A DNA stretch of 64,000 bases from an uncultured Candidatus Saccharibacteria bacterium. Lineage in GTDB: Bacteria; Patescibacteriota; Andersenbacteria; UBA10190. The notes beneath the pieces are model-generated. The model saw only the letters and a program-made list of their open reading frames with translations. It was not told the DNA's origin and searched no databases. Location of the stretch: the NCBI GenBank assembly GCA_964610055.1, contig CAZSUC010000001.1, positions 70,021 to 134,020 on the forward strand. The letters run 5' to 3'. Below, one piece after another: positions 28,987 through 37,992 of the stretch (within the stretch, counting starts at the first letter, position 1; every line of letters starts with the position of its first letter). Made by a program: the position numbers and the translations under genes.

Positions 28987-31508
28987 TTGTCGTGGCAACG
29001 GTCTGGTTAATTCGTTTTCGTAATGCTCAATTATTTCTCTTAGCTTTTTCCTTATTAGCTGGACAGCTTATTCGTGTGCCTTTGCCTGGTCAGGGTGGCG
29101 GTTTATTGCTTAGTGATATTGCTGTTCTGATCGTCTTGTTTTCTATCTTTTTAGATTTTATAAGACATAGACATGAGCTTGATTACATTAAATCGCAGTC
29201 TGCTCTAGTTATACTTTTCCTTTTTTTACCTTTTATTTTTTGGTCAGGTTTTACCTTGATTATTAATTCGTCTTGGTTGCTTTGGTCACAAATTTTAATC
29301 GCGGCTTCGTATTGGATTAGACTAACTGCTTATTTATTGGTTTTTCCTGCTCTAATTTGGCGTTTTGCTCGATACCCCCATGACCGTATTGTTATGCAAA
29401 AATATTTTCTCTGGGCTGTTTATGGAGTAATTGGATTGGGGCTAATTCAATTATTGTTTTTACCTCAACTTGATACTCTCGGAAAGTTTGGCTGGGATCC
29501 TCATCAGTTTCGTTTGGTGTCAACCTGGCTTGATCCTAATTTCGTCGGAGGATTTTTGTGTATCGGACTTTTTACTCTTCTTGCCTATAAAACTCGTTTG
29601 CGACCCGTCTCTGTATTTGTCACTCTTAGTGCTTTAATCTTAACCCGGTCTCGTAGTTCTTGGCTTGCGTTATTGCTCGTTATTCTACTCATTTCTCCTG
29701 TGATGATTTTTATGAGACTTCGGCGCTTATCACGTCCTCGTTTAGTATTGACTGCTAGTTTATTTAGCTTATTAGGCTTATTCCTTACACTTTTCATTCT
29801 TTTTCTCGGCAATCGTGCTCTCGGCCTTATAACTTACGATCCTACTGTTCAACTGCGCCAATCCTCTCTCTTGTCTGTCTGGCAAATCGTTCAAACGCAC
29901 CCCTTCGTTGGTGTTGGGTATAATGCTTATCAATTTACTGCTCTGCAATCAGGTTTGATTAGCGATTTTAATATCCATTCGCGCGCCGGAGCGGATAATA
30001 GTTTTTTAACGCTCTGGGTAACGACAGGCTTAATTGGAGTTATTTTATTTTGTCTGCCCTGGGTCGTTTTGATTTGGCTGCACTTTCGTCATTATTTACG
30101 CATCAATCAAGCTCTTTCTTTTGCTGTTATTTGCGCTATTTTGTTCCTGTTTTTTCAAGCCCAGTTTGTTAATAGCTTTCTTTATGCTCACTTGCTTTTA
30201 AGCGTGATTATACTTAGTGCGATTAGTTTTTATCCTGTCTCAGATCATTGTCTTTCGGTCAAAACAATCCGTCCTTTATTTTTTTTCTTGCCTAGGCGAA
30301 TTTTTCCTATTAGTTTTCTTATTTGTCTTATACCCGCTTATCTGATTCGTTTTCGTCTTTTTAACATCCCTACTAATCTCTTTGAGGTTTTTGTCTTAAT
30401 ATATTTTTGTTTTATTTTAATAATTCCTTCGTGTCGAAAAAAATGTCAGCAATCTACGCGACAAATACCCCTTCTCTTTTTGCTTACAATTACGTTTTTT
30501 GTTATTGCCTCTATTGTTTCTGTTATTATTTCACCTAATCTTTTGTCTAGTCTTGGGGTGTTAAAGGGGTGGATTATTATTCCGTTAATATTTGGTTGGC
30601 TGGTTTTTGTATCCATTACTCCTAATAACGCCAAATCTTTTGTGATTTTACCGCTTGCTTTTATTGGGGCGTTTTCTGCCCTGATTAGTTTATCTCAGCT
30701 TGGTACAACTAATCGTATTTATGGGTGGTATGATGTTCCTAATTCATTAGCACTTTGGTTAGCTCCTATTTTTGTTCTGACTTTCTGGGGCGGTCTAAAT
30801 CACTCTCGTTATCATCGTCTTTTTCTGTATCTTTCTCTTCCTATAGCTATTGCCTTGCTAGCAACTCAGTCTGTTAGTGGAATGATCGCCATTATTATTT
30901 CATTGGGTTCGGGAGCCTGTTTTTGGATTTCATCTATTAGTCGCCGCCATGTTTTAATTATCTTGGCTCTTAGTTTAGTTATTATTATAAGTTATCTTAG
31001 TGTAACTAACCGTCTTAATTATCTCTTTTTGCCGCTTACCGAACATCACCCTAATTCTATTTCCGTTCGTTTTCAGCTCTGGGACGTTTCATTAACACTT
31101 CTTAGTCAACACGGGTTGCTAGGAATTGGTTTAGGCCAATTTGAACCCGCTTATCAATCAGAAATTCATCGTCGTTTTGCTGTTTCGTATAAACCTACTC
31201 CATTACCCGAGTTCGTTTTTCGTGATCCGCATAACTTATTCTTTTCTTTTTGGCTCAACACCGGAATTATCGGTTTGGCCTCATTTTTAGCCTTGTTGTT
31301 TATTATTTTCCGCTACACTTTTCACAGCAAAAATCTTACCAGTAATCAAAAAGGCCTCATCTTGGCTTTAATTTGCTTATTAGTTTTTGGTTTAAGCGAC
31401 ACTATTTACTGGAAAAATGACCTCTCGGTGTTATTCTGGCTGCTGATTTTTTTACTTCTTAAATATTCTCATCCTGGGTCTTGGCACAAACCGTCTTTAC
31501 ATATATAA
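28926..31508 (+). CDS. large polytopic membrane protein with two O-antigen ligase/Wzy-like modules
   Basis: 860 aa, more than 20 TM helices. Two segments resemble Wzy_C (LTRSRSSWLALLLVILL and ATQSVSGMIAIIISLGSG regions). The start is uncertain because it overlaps the upstream GT2. Confidence 0.5.
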   Translation: MASLSMASSFLPLLLLAGALIVVATVWLIRFRNAQLFLLAFSLLAGQLIRVPLPGQGGGLLLSDIAVLIVLFSIFLDFIRHRHELDYIKSQSALVILFLFLPFIFWSGFTLIINSSWLLWSQILIAASYWIRLTAYLLVFPALIWRFARYPHDRIVMQKYFLWAVYGVIGLGLIQLLFLPQLDTLGKFGWDPHQFRLVSTWLDPNFVGGFLCIGLFTLLAYKTRLRPVSVFVTLSALILTRSRSSWLALLLVILLISPVMIFMRLRRLSRPRLVLTASLFSLLGLFLTLFILFLGNRALGLITYDPTVQLRQSSLLSVWQIVQTHPFVGVGYNAYQFTALQSGLISDFNIHSRAGADNSFLTLWVTTGLIGVILFCLPWVVLIWLHFRHYLRINQALSFAVICAILFLFFQAQFVNSFLYAHLLLSVIILSAISFYPVSDHCLSVKTIRPLFFFLPRRIFPISFLICLIPAYLIRFRLFNIPTNLFEVFVLIYFCFILIIPSCRKKCQQSTRQIPLLFLLTITFFVIASIVSVIISPNLLSSLGVLKGWIIIPLIFGWLVFVSITPNNAKSFVILPLAFIGAFSALISLSQLGTTNRIYGWYDVPNSLALWLAPIFVLTFWGGLNHSRYHRLFLYLSLPIAIALLATQSVSGMIAIIISLGSGACFWISSISRRHVLIILALSLVIIISYLSVTNRLNYLFLPLTEHHPNSISVRFQLWDVSLTLLSQHGLLGIGLGQFEPAYQSEIHRRFAVSYKPTPLPEFVFRDPHNLFFSFWLNTGIIGLASFLALLFIIFRYTFHSKNLTSNQKGLILALICLLVFGLSDTIYWKNDLSVLFWLLIFLLLKYSHPGSWHKPSLHI

Positions 31509-31921
31509 GGAGATTGACAATCATCGTTGTCTTGGCATAAAGGATTTTGCAGCTCACTCGCTAATTGCGGGTTAATCGTATTTAGTATTAGATACGAAGC
31601 CAGAGCCAAAACAATCCCAAACAAAGCAGATTTTATCCACGTTTTCGCTGTTTCCACTTGACCTCCATTTCCGCCCGCTGTCATGTATAAATACCCTCCC
31701 ACCACAACTGCAATAACCCCCGCGACAACTATAAGCGCCATAAATAATTGAAATATTTTATTTATATAAGCCACAAAACCAGATTGTGCCACTGCGTCAA
31801 TGCTTCCAGAAAATCCAGGAATAGCTACCTCGAAATCGCCAAAATCAGCCCTCGTTATAGGTGTTCTAACAGTCAATAACAAAATCGCTATGCTAACCCC
31901 AATGATTATCTTCTTTAACAT
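31469..31921 (-). CDS. small secreted two-helix protein, candidate VirB2/TrbC-like pilin, with a Cys-rich C-terminal tail
   Basis: Signal peptide followed by two long hydrophobic helices separated by the loop TAGGNGGQVETAKTW (pilin-like topology). C-terminal CQDNDDCQSPYICKDGLCQDPG. Confidence 0.35.
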   Translation of the reverse strand: MLKKIIIGVSIAILLLTVRTPITRADFGDFEVAIPGFSGSIDAVAQSGFVAYINKIFQLFMALIVVAGVIAVVVGGYLYMTAGGNGGQVETAKTWIKSALFGIVLALASYLILNTINPQLASELQNPLCQDNDDCQSPYICKDGLCQDPG

Positions 31922-31938
31922 AACCTTATTTTATCTGC

Positions 31939-32556
31939 TTATTTACCAAAAGCATAATTCATCACCCCAGAAACACCGTTTACTATTACACTTCCTATCT
32001 GTCCTACACCATGGGCCGCGCTATTTGCTATCAGATTTCCTACGTACCCTAACCCTGTCACAGAATTAGATAATATATCGATGTCAGTAATACTTAAAAT
32101 TATTAGAACGCTAATCAATATAGCTGTTCCTATTATCATCCATTGTAATATTGTTCCGGCTATTATCCCCCAAAACAGCCATTTTCCAACAACACTACCC
32201 GCTAATTGATCTCCTAAAAATGCGCCTATAATTCCTCCTAACCATGTCCCTGCCCCTGGTAATATAAAAGACCCTATTGCCGCTCCAATCACAGATCCTA
32301 ACCATACCCCAATTTTTCTTCTGGTTTTTTTCTCCAAGGAGTCTTTTTTTTGAGAATGGTTCTTGTTTTTCTGCAATGCTAATTTATTTTTAGCATAATC
32401 AACACCTCGAGATATTACCATGTTGCTTAAGTCCTGCGGCTGTGACACATGCTGCTTTGGTTTTTTTGTTTCTGAGCGTCTCAGCTGAGCTGCCTTTAAT
32501 CTTGCTGCCCTGACTTTTTCTTCCTTGTCTCTGTCTTGTTGGTTTAAACTAGGCAT
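31939..32556 (-). CDS. hypothetical membrane protein (Lys/Arg-rich N-terminus, glycine-zipper TM helices)
   Basis: GxxxG-rich hydrophobic C-terminal half; no family recognised. Confidence 0.35.
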   Translation of the reverse strand: MPSLNQQDRDKEEKVRAARLKAAQLRRSETKKPKQHVSQPQDLSNMVISRGVDYAKNKLALQKNKNHSQKKDSLEKKTRRKIGVWLGSVIGAAIGSFILPGAGTWLGGIIGAFLGDQLAGSVVGKWLFWGIIAGTILQWMIIGTAILISVLIILSITDIDILSNSVTGLGYVGNLIANSAAHGVGQIGSVIVNGVSGVMNYAFGK

Positions 32557-32563
32557 TAACTAA

Positions 32564-34414
32564 CTATACCTCGTTTGATTTCCTTTGCGCGGCCATCTCT
32601 TGTTTTGCTGCTTCAATCGCTAGAACTTGCTGAGGATCTGATGTAATAATTTGATCCTCAGCATAACTCGCTACAATTTTAATCGCCACATGTTTTAATC
32701 CGGCAAAAAAGATTCCTTCTCCTACATCGCTTTCTAATAATCTAAACTTTTCATGATCAGTTAAATAAAATACATCTCCTAATAAGTCGATCGCAGCCGG
32801 TGATTGACGCAGTAATAGTTGAATCGAAGAATTAGTGACAATTGGCTTGCCGTATTTTGATTGCAGAAAATCAGAAATATCCTGAGTGATTGTCGTAACG
32901 CCCAAGTAATACTTTCGTGCTCTTTTTGCCATTGAAAACAAGAAACGAGCTGATTCTTCGTGCTGCATCATAATCCAAGCCTCGTCTATAACTAGTAATC
33001 TTTTTTTAAGCTGACTCCGGATCCTATTCCAAATAAATCCTAAAATAACATACATTGCTATTGGTCTTAATTCGTCTTCCATGTCTCTCACATTAAACAC
33101 GACTAATTGTTGATTTAAATCAATATTTGTTGGTCGATTAAACACTCCTGCAAATGTACCCTCTACAAAACGCTCTAATCGTACCGCAATATTTCCTCCT
33201 CCTTCCATGTCTCGCATGATATTGAAAAAATCTTGCAACGTTGGCGTTTCCGGCTTATTCCAGCGCGTTTGCGGAGTAATATCTTTAATCGCATATGCTT
33301 CCCAGAGTCCGCGGTCAACCAACCCCTGTTCTTCAGGTGATAGTCCGTCTACCATTAGCGAAATCAATCCTACTAAACGCACGATATTTTCCCTCAAAAC
33401 TCCTTCTGGACTATCTTCTTCTCCTAGTTCTGGTAAATCGAATGGATTAATACGATGATCAGATGCAATGGCAATTTTTAAGTATGCTCCTCCCACTGCC
33501 TCAGCTAGATAACGATATTCTTGTTCTGGGTCAATTACCATTACTTCCGTTCCAAACATTAAACTGCGTAAAATCTCTAACTTTACCGTATATGATTTAC
33601 CAGCTCCGGATTTGGCAAAAATTACCATATTTGCATTCTCTAATCCAAATCGATCAAATAAAACTAAACTGGAATTATGTAAATTAATGCCATATAAAAC
33701 GCCAGAGTCCGATGTTAAGTCAGAACTTACAAAAGGAAAGCTAGTTGATAGTGGTGAAGAATTCATGTTGGTATTTACCATTAACTCATCCCGACCCAAT
33801 GGTAATGTTGAGGTAAAACCTTGTTCCATTTGGAATAACGCTGGTTTTGTATAAACTAAACGTCCTTCTAATAACACCTCAACCTGCGAGATGATGTCGT
33901 CTAATTCTTCCTCTGTCTTACCGTATATAGTTAGATACAAACCAAACTGAAAAAACTTTTCTGTACCTTGAACTAATCGATCACGTAATTCTTCAATATC
34001 ACGAAAAGCCGTTTCTAACTGTGGATCTCTGATTTTTCCAGCCTCGGCTTGCATTGAAATTGACGCCGATACTTGAGTCGCTCTCTTTCTTAATTCTTTC
34101 AGAATACTACTTGAACTTTGCGGATAAACAAACATCCCAACGTCAAATTCAATGTCAAAATTAACAATTGGCGCGAACCAATTCGTATCTAAATAACGAG
34201 GATATGTGATCACAAACAAGGTTTGGGCAAAACGACCATCTATCTCAATATACCTCGGAGTTACCCGAAAAGCGCTTGGAGCCACAATGTCTCGTAAAGA
34301 TGATACTCCTTGATTGTATTGATTAATTGCAGCCTGGTCTTCGACACTTGATGTCGATTTTTTTGCTCCTTCTTTTCCTTTTAAAAAAGTAGTTACGTCT
34401 CCTAAAACTCCCAT
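32564..34414 (-). CDS. virB4: VirB4/TraC/CagE-family T4SS ATPase, C-terminal ATPase portion
   Basis: Walker A MVIFAKSGAGKSYTV, Walker B LLVIDEAW; 616 aa. The ATG at 34412-34414 has GGAGG six nt upstream. Confidence 0.8.
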   Translation of the reverse strand: MGVLGDVTTFLKGKEGAKKSTSSVEDQAAINQYNQGVSSLRDIVAPSAFRVTPRYIEIDGRFAQTLFVITYPRYLDTNWFAPIVNFDIEFDVGMFVYPQSSSSILKELRKRATQVSASISMQAEAGKIRDPQLETAFRDIEELRDRLVQGTEKFFQFGLYLTIYGKTEEELDDIISQVEVLLEGRLVYTKPALFQMEQGFTSTLPLGRDELMVNTNMNSSPLSTSFPFVSSDLTSDSGVLYGINLHNSSLVLFDRFGLENANMVIFAKSGAGKSYTVKLEILRSLMFGTEVMVIDPEQEYRYLAEAVGGAYLKIAIASDHRINPFDLPELGEEDSPEGVLRENIVRLVGLISLMVDGLSPEEQGLVDRGLWEAYAIKDITPQTRWNKPETPTLQDFFNIMRDMEGGGNIAVRLERFVEGTFAGVFNRPTNIDLNQQLVVFNVRDMEDELRPIAMYVILGFIWNRIRSQLKKRLLVIDEAWIMMQHEESARFLFSMAKRARKYYLGVTTITQDISDFLQSKYGKPIVTNSSIQLLLRQSPAAIDLLGDVFYLTDHEKFRLLESDVGEGIFFAGLKHVAIKIVASYAEDQIITSDPQQVLAIEAAKQEMAAQRKSNEV

Positions 34415-34415
34415 A

Positions 34416-35117
34416 TTAACCTCCTCGTGGTTTTAATTCCTCGACTTGTAACTGGCTAGCGTTTTGTAGTCGTTGGTTTCTGCTTGTTACTGGATTATAA
34501 GCATTGTAATACAATTCTAATAATTCTTGAGTCTGCAACGGCACCACTCGTAATCCCATGCCACGCAATCCCGTGGCCACCTGATTCGCGCGTTGCAATA
34601 ATTGGGTGCGGTTATGTTCAAATTCCTGGGCGTTCATTTTAAATTGCCCTGTTGCACCCTTAACTCCTCGCCCGACTCGTTCAAATACACCTTCCTTTTT
34701 ATTCTGCTGTGCTGCAAACGGAACCGTAATAAAAAACGTTTTTGTCATAATATCACTATTTTTAACCAGTTCACCGACAAAATTAATATACTCATCCATT
34801 TGTAACCGCAATAATTCGTTCTGCTGCTTATCTCTTAATATTTTAACTTGTTCTAAATAAGGCGTAATATCCATTTTTCGACTACTCACGTTCACCTGCA
34901 CTGGAAAATCCAAGCTATTTAAAAAGTCTTGATAAGCATAAATAATAGCGTCCTGTTCATCCTGAGATTTTAGGGCAAAATTAATTGAAGACACCATCAA
35001 AACCATTCGCATGGTACCGTCATTTAAAATTGCCACTCCGTCTCGAATTTCGCTAATTCGAACCAATTGCTGGGATGGACGACCTTTTATTACCCCTGAC
35101 TGCATTTCTTGAGCCAT
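34416..35117 (-). CDS. VirB4 N-terminal domain (CagE_TrbE_VirB-like) encoded as a separate ORF
   Basis: VRISEIRDGVAILNDGTMRMVLMVSSINFALKSQDEQDAIIYAYQDFLNSL resembles the N-terminal region of VirB4/TrbE. Its stop TAA at 34416-34418 lies inside the SD-ATG spacer of the downstream ATPase ORF. Confidence 0.55.
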   Translation of the reverse strand: MAQEMQSGVIKGRPSQQLVRISEIRDGVAILNDGTMRMVLMVSSINFALKSQDEQDAIIYAYQDFLNSLDFPVQVNVSSRKMDITPYLEQVKILRDKQQNELLRLQMDEYINFVGELVKNSDIMTKTFFITVPFAAQQNKKEGVFERVGRGVKGATGQFKMNAQEFEHNRTQLLQRANQVATGLRGMGLRVVPLQTQELLELYYNAYNPVTSRNQRLQNASQLQVEELKPRGG

Positions 35118-35137
35118 GCCCTCTAGTATACCAGATT

Positions 35138-35584
35138 TTATGTTTTAACTTCTGTCTCACCGCCAATAATATCCGTTTCGTCCTCTTGAACTACATGTCC
35201 TTGGGTCTCAAGCTCGCGCGCTCTTTCTGCCAAGCTGAGGCTTGGACCAGTCTGAGCAATTAATTCACCATATTCATCTCCGCTTACGCTTAATAATTTT
35301 AATTGATTAGTCCTTCTCCAAATATATAGTTGTCCTTTCCCGTAAAATGTCACCGCATTCATTACGACCTGAAACAATGTCTTCTGATTAATTTTTACAT
35401 GAGCAAACATGACTGCTAGTCCAATTACTGGCAATGCTATGGTTAAAAACAACGATAAATCAACCACTAAAAACACTGGTATTAAACCAAGCACCGCTCC
35501 GACGTAAATTAAAAATTGTCGCAAAGTTAATGGCCCAACAACCTTATCTTCAATATCGACGAATTGTGGAACTTGAAAACGCAT
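35138..35584 (-). CDS. PrgI-family / VirB3-like small T4SS membrane protein
   Basis: MRFQVPQFVDIEDKVVGPLTLRQFLIY followed by two TM helices, the pattern of Gram-positive PrgI/VirB3 analogues; sits immediately upstream of VirB4. Confidence 0.5.
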   Translation of the reverse strand: MRFQVPQFVDIEDKVVGPLTLRQFLIYVGAVLGLIPVFLVVDLSLFLTIALPVIGLAVMFAHVKINQKTLFQVVMNAVTFYGKGQLYIWRRTNQLKLLSVSGDEYGELIAQTGPSLSLAERARELETQGHVVQEDETDIIGGETEVKT

Positions 35585-36120
35585 TAGTAGTTAAACCGCC
35601 GCCGTTCCCCGGTTGGTTTATCGCTTATTGACGGCAATGTTAAAGGTGGGCGTTTTGTTTGTTCCTGTGTTTTTAAATCCAGTACGTTTCGCACTCCTGC
35701 CGCTGGACCTGAAGTCGTCGATTGATCAGTTGATTGGGCTGTTGTGTTTTCTGACTTTAATTTTTCTAAGTATTGATTATATTCCATTGCCACCGGAGCA
35801 AATAATTCTTGTTCAATCTGGCGAGATACATTAGCTGCCGCATTTGTAGGAACACCAACTTCACTTACAAGACTACTCTCAAAATTCTTCCATTCTTTAA
35901 TTCCTAAAAACACTGACAAATACAAGAATATCACTTTCTCATATTTACTATCCGGTATATGATTTTCTCTTAAAATACCTAAAATAAAAGAGCCTATTTT
36001 ACCGGACGATAATAAGCGTTTAATGTTTTCTGGCGCCTGACTAAAACGGGATAAATATTGCTTTTCTGTCACTTCCGGATATTTCAACAATATTCTAATT
36101 GGAGCTTTAACTTCTTCCAT
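35584..36120 (-). CDS. hypothetical protein in T4SS-like operon
   Basis: 178 aa, one central hydrophobic segment; no family recognised; 1-nt overlap with the neighbouring genes. Confidence 0.4.
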   Translation of the reverse strand: MEEVKAPIRILLKYPEVTEKQYLSRFSQAPENIKRLLSSGKIGSFILGILRENHIPDSKYEKVIFLYLSVFLGIKEWKNFESSLVSEVGVPTNAAANVSRQIEQELFAPVAMEYNQYLEKLKSENTTAQSTDQSTTSGPAAGVRNVLDLKTQEQTKRPPLTLPSISDKPTGERRRFNY

Positions 36121-36123
36121 AAA

Positions 36124-37992
36124 TTATTTATTCTTCTTATCCTTTATTCTTCTTTCTGCTTTATGCAGAGCCTCAATTAATTTTTCATCATTGGTATTAT
36201 ATATTTCTTGTTTTGTGGCATCTGACATTTTCTCAACCATAGCATCGTTATTTAATACAGCTGTTACTCTGGTTCTGTCAGCGTCAGATTTCATATTCTT
36301 CACCATTGTCACAGTCATGTTATTTGTCTCTTCCGTTGTTAACTGCTCTCCTACTCGTTCGTCCCTTAAAACTGTCGGTGATGTTCTACTAATAGCGGAT
36401 AGGTTTCCTTGCGTAACGCCTCTAGAGCGTAAATCACTTGCTTGATTTTTAGCTTCTTTTGTTTTAGCGCGTTCTTTTGAATCAATCGCGTTATAAGCCT
36501 TAGTTCCCCATGACTTTTTCATTTTCTCTTCTTCCGTCTTTTTATCGGCATCTTCCCATGACTTAACAAGCGATCGCACTGGTCGAGTGACTCCCTTGTA
36601 TGCCTTTTGTGCTCCTATAGCACCCAAAAAACCTACTGGACCTGCCACCATTGTGCCAACAGTTTTTGGATTATTCCAAGTCCATTGAGCTGCTGATTTT
36701 GCCTTACCCTTTACCGTGTTTAAAACTTCTCCCGCTCCCGCCATGCCCGCAATCTTTCCAGCCGAAGCTGCTGCCAGCATTAAAGCTATTGAAATAATAA
36801 TATTTAACACTTCGGATAATTCTCTTGGCACTCCTGTGCCTGCTTTAATTGCGCCTCCGCCAATTACGGTTGCTAAAATTAAAATCAAAAGGGCAATTGG
36901 CCCAAATAACACCCATGCAATAAATTGCGTCCACCACTTTCTTGCTAATCCATCTGCTCCTGGAATCGCAATCGCTAAATATGCTGCCGGAGAAGCAATT
37001 AATAATAAAATTAACATAATATATCTTATCAAAAACCCAATCGTTGCTCCTGCCATTCCGATTACCAGTCCCCACGCCAGTATAGTTGTTTTAAGAACAT
37101 TAATTGGCCCACTCCAACTATCTCCTTCGGTCGGTAAATAATAACTGACTCCAAATGCGGTAGTTTGATAAAAATGATAACTTAAATAACCACTTTGTTT
37201 TAAAATATCCGTTCCCAAATTAGTTAAACTGCTAGTTGTTACTGTTCTAACTAACACAGCCATAGCTAATCTGGAAGCATCAATAATGATACCGCCGATT
37301 ACTAAACTAAAATTGATGAGCAAAGCAGCTGCTAGTAATCGAGGCAAAAAGCGTTTTGGTTGAAATTGATCCAGCCTTAAAGTAAAAGCAAATGCTATAA
37401 ATAATAGCGCCAAGATAAAACCGAGATTGGCAAACCCCTGTACAACCGGCCAACCCGCCTGAACCATCGGGTTAGTTACAAAACTTCCAATCGAAATAAA
37501 CCAAGTTAGTAAAAATGAACATAACCATAATATCCAAATTGCCAAATTTACCCCCATGCTAAAGGCTCCGTTTAAAAACCAAATAAGTTTTAATTGCCAC
37601 CAGTCCGGCTTTGTTTCGGAATCAGTTTCTGTTATTTGTGCTGCTTGCTCAGCCGTACAAGCAACTAAGTATGGTCTTTTTTCTGTTTTACCTTCACCTA
37701 AAATATCAGAACCAAGAACATCTGAATATCCATTAAGATTTACTAATAAATAATTTTCTGGATAAGAAAGGATTATGTCGTCATCGCTTACACCCCAAAC
37801 CGCCTTTACACATCCTAGATTCTTTAATTCCTCATAAGTCATCGATGTACGTTTTGAGATCGATATATCTCCTTCGTTTATATAATGACTATTATCTTGC
37901 GCAATAATATGTTTTCCTGGAATTAATAAAACACTCCCCATCAAAAAGACGAACAAAGCATTTTTAAAATAACTATTCATTAACTTGAGCAT
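36124..37992 (-). CDS. polytopic membrane protein, VirB6/TrbL-like candidate
   Basis: 622 aa; signal peptide, extracellular N-terminal region, then at least 7 TM helices and a charged C-terminal tail; positioned in the operon like VirB6 analogues. Confidence 0.4.
   Translation of the reverse strand: MLKLMNSYFKNALFVFLMGSVLLIPGKHIIAQDNSHYINEGDISISKRTSMTYEELKNLGCVKAVWGVSDDDIILSYPENYLLVNLNGYSDVLGSDILGEGKTEKRPYLVACTAEQAAQITETDSETKPDWWQLKLIWFLNGAFSMGVNLAIWILWLCSFLLTWFISIGSFVTNPMVQAGWPVVQGFANLGFILALLFIAFAFTLRLDQFQPKRFLPRLLAAALLINFSLVIGGIIIDASRLAMAVLVRTVTTSSLTNLGTDILKQSGYLSYHFYQTTAFGVSYYLPTEGDSWSGPINVLKTTILAWGLVIGMAGATIGFLIRYIMLILLLIASPAAYLAIAIPGADGLARKWWTQFIAWVLFGPIALLILILATVIGGGAIKAGTGVPRELSEVLNIIISIALMLAAASAGKIAGMAGAGEVLNTVKGKAKSAAQWTWNNPKTVGTMVAGPVGFLGAIGAQKAYKGVTRPVRSLVKSWEDADKKTEEEKMKKSWGTKAYNAIDSKERAKTKEAKNQASDLRSRGVTQGNLSAISRTSPTVLRDERVGEQLTTEETNNMTVTMVKNMKSDADRTRVTAVLNNDAMVEKMSDATKQEIYNTNDEKLIEALHKAERRIKDKKNK

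Noticed and set aside
34416-35117. Considered calling the separate VirB4 N-terminal ORF a pseudogene fragment
   Set aside because: The two ORFs abut with an SD-ATG overlapping the upstream stop and both are full-length for their domains. That favours a genuine split gene. It is still flagged for verification.
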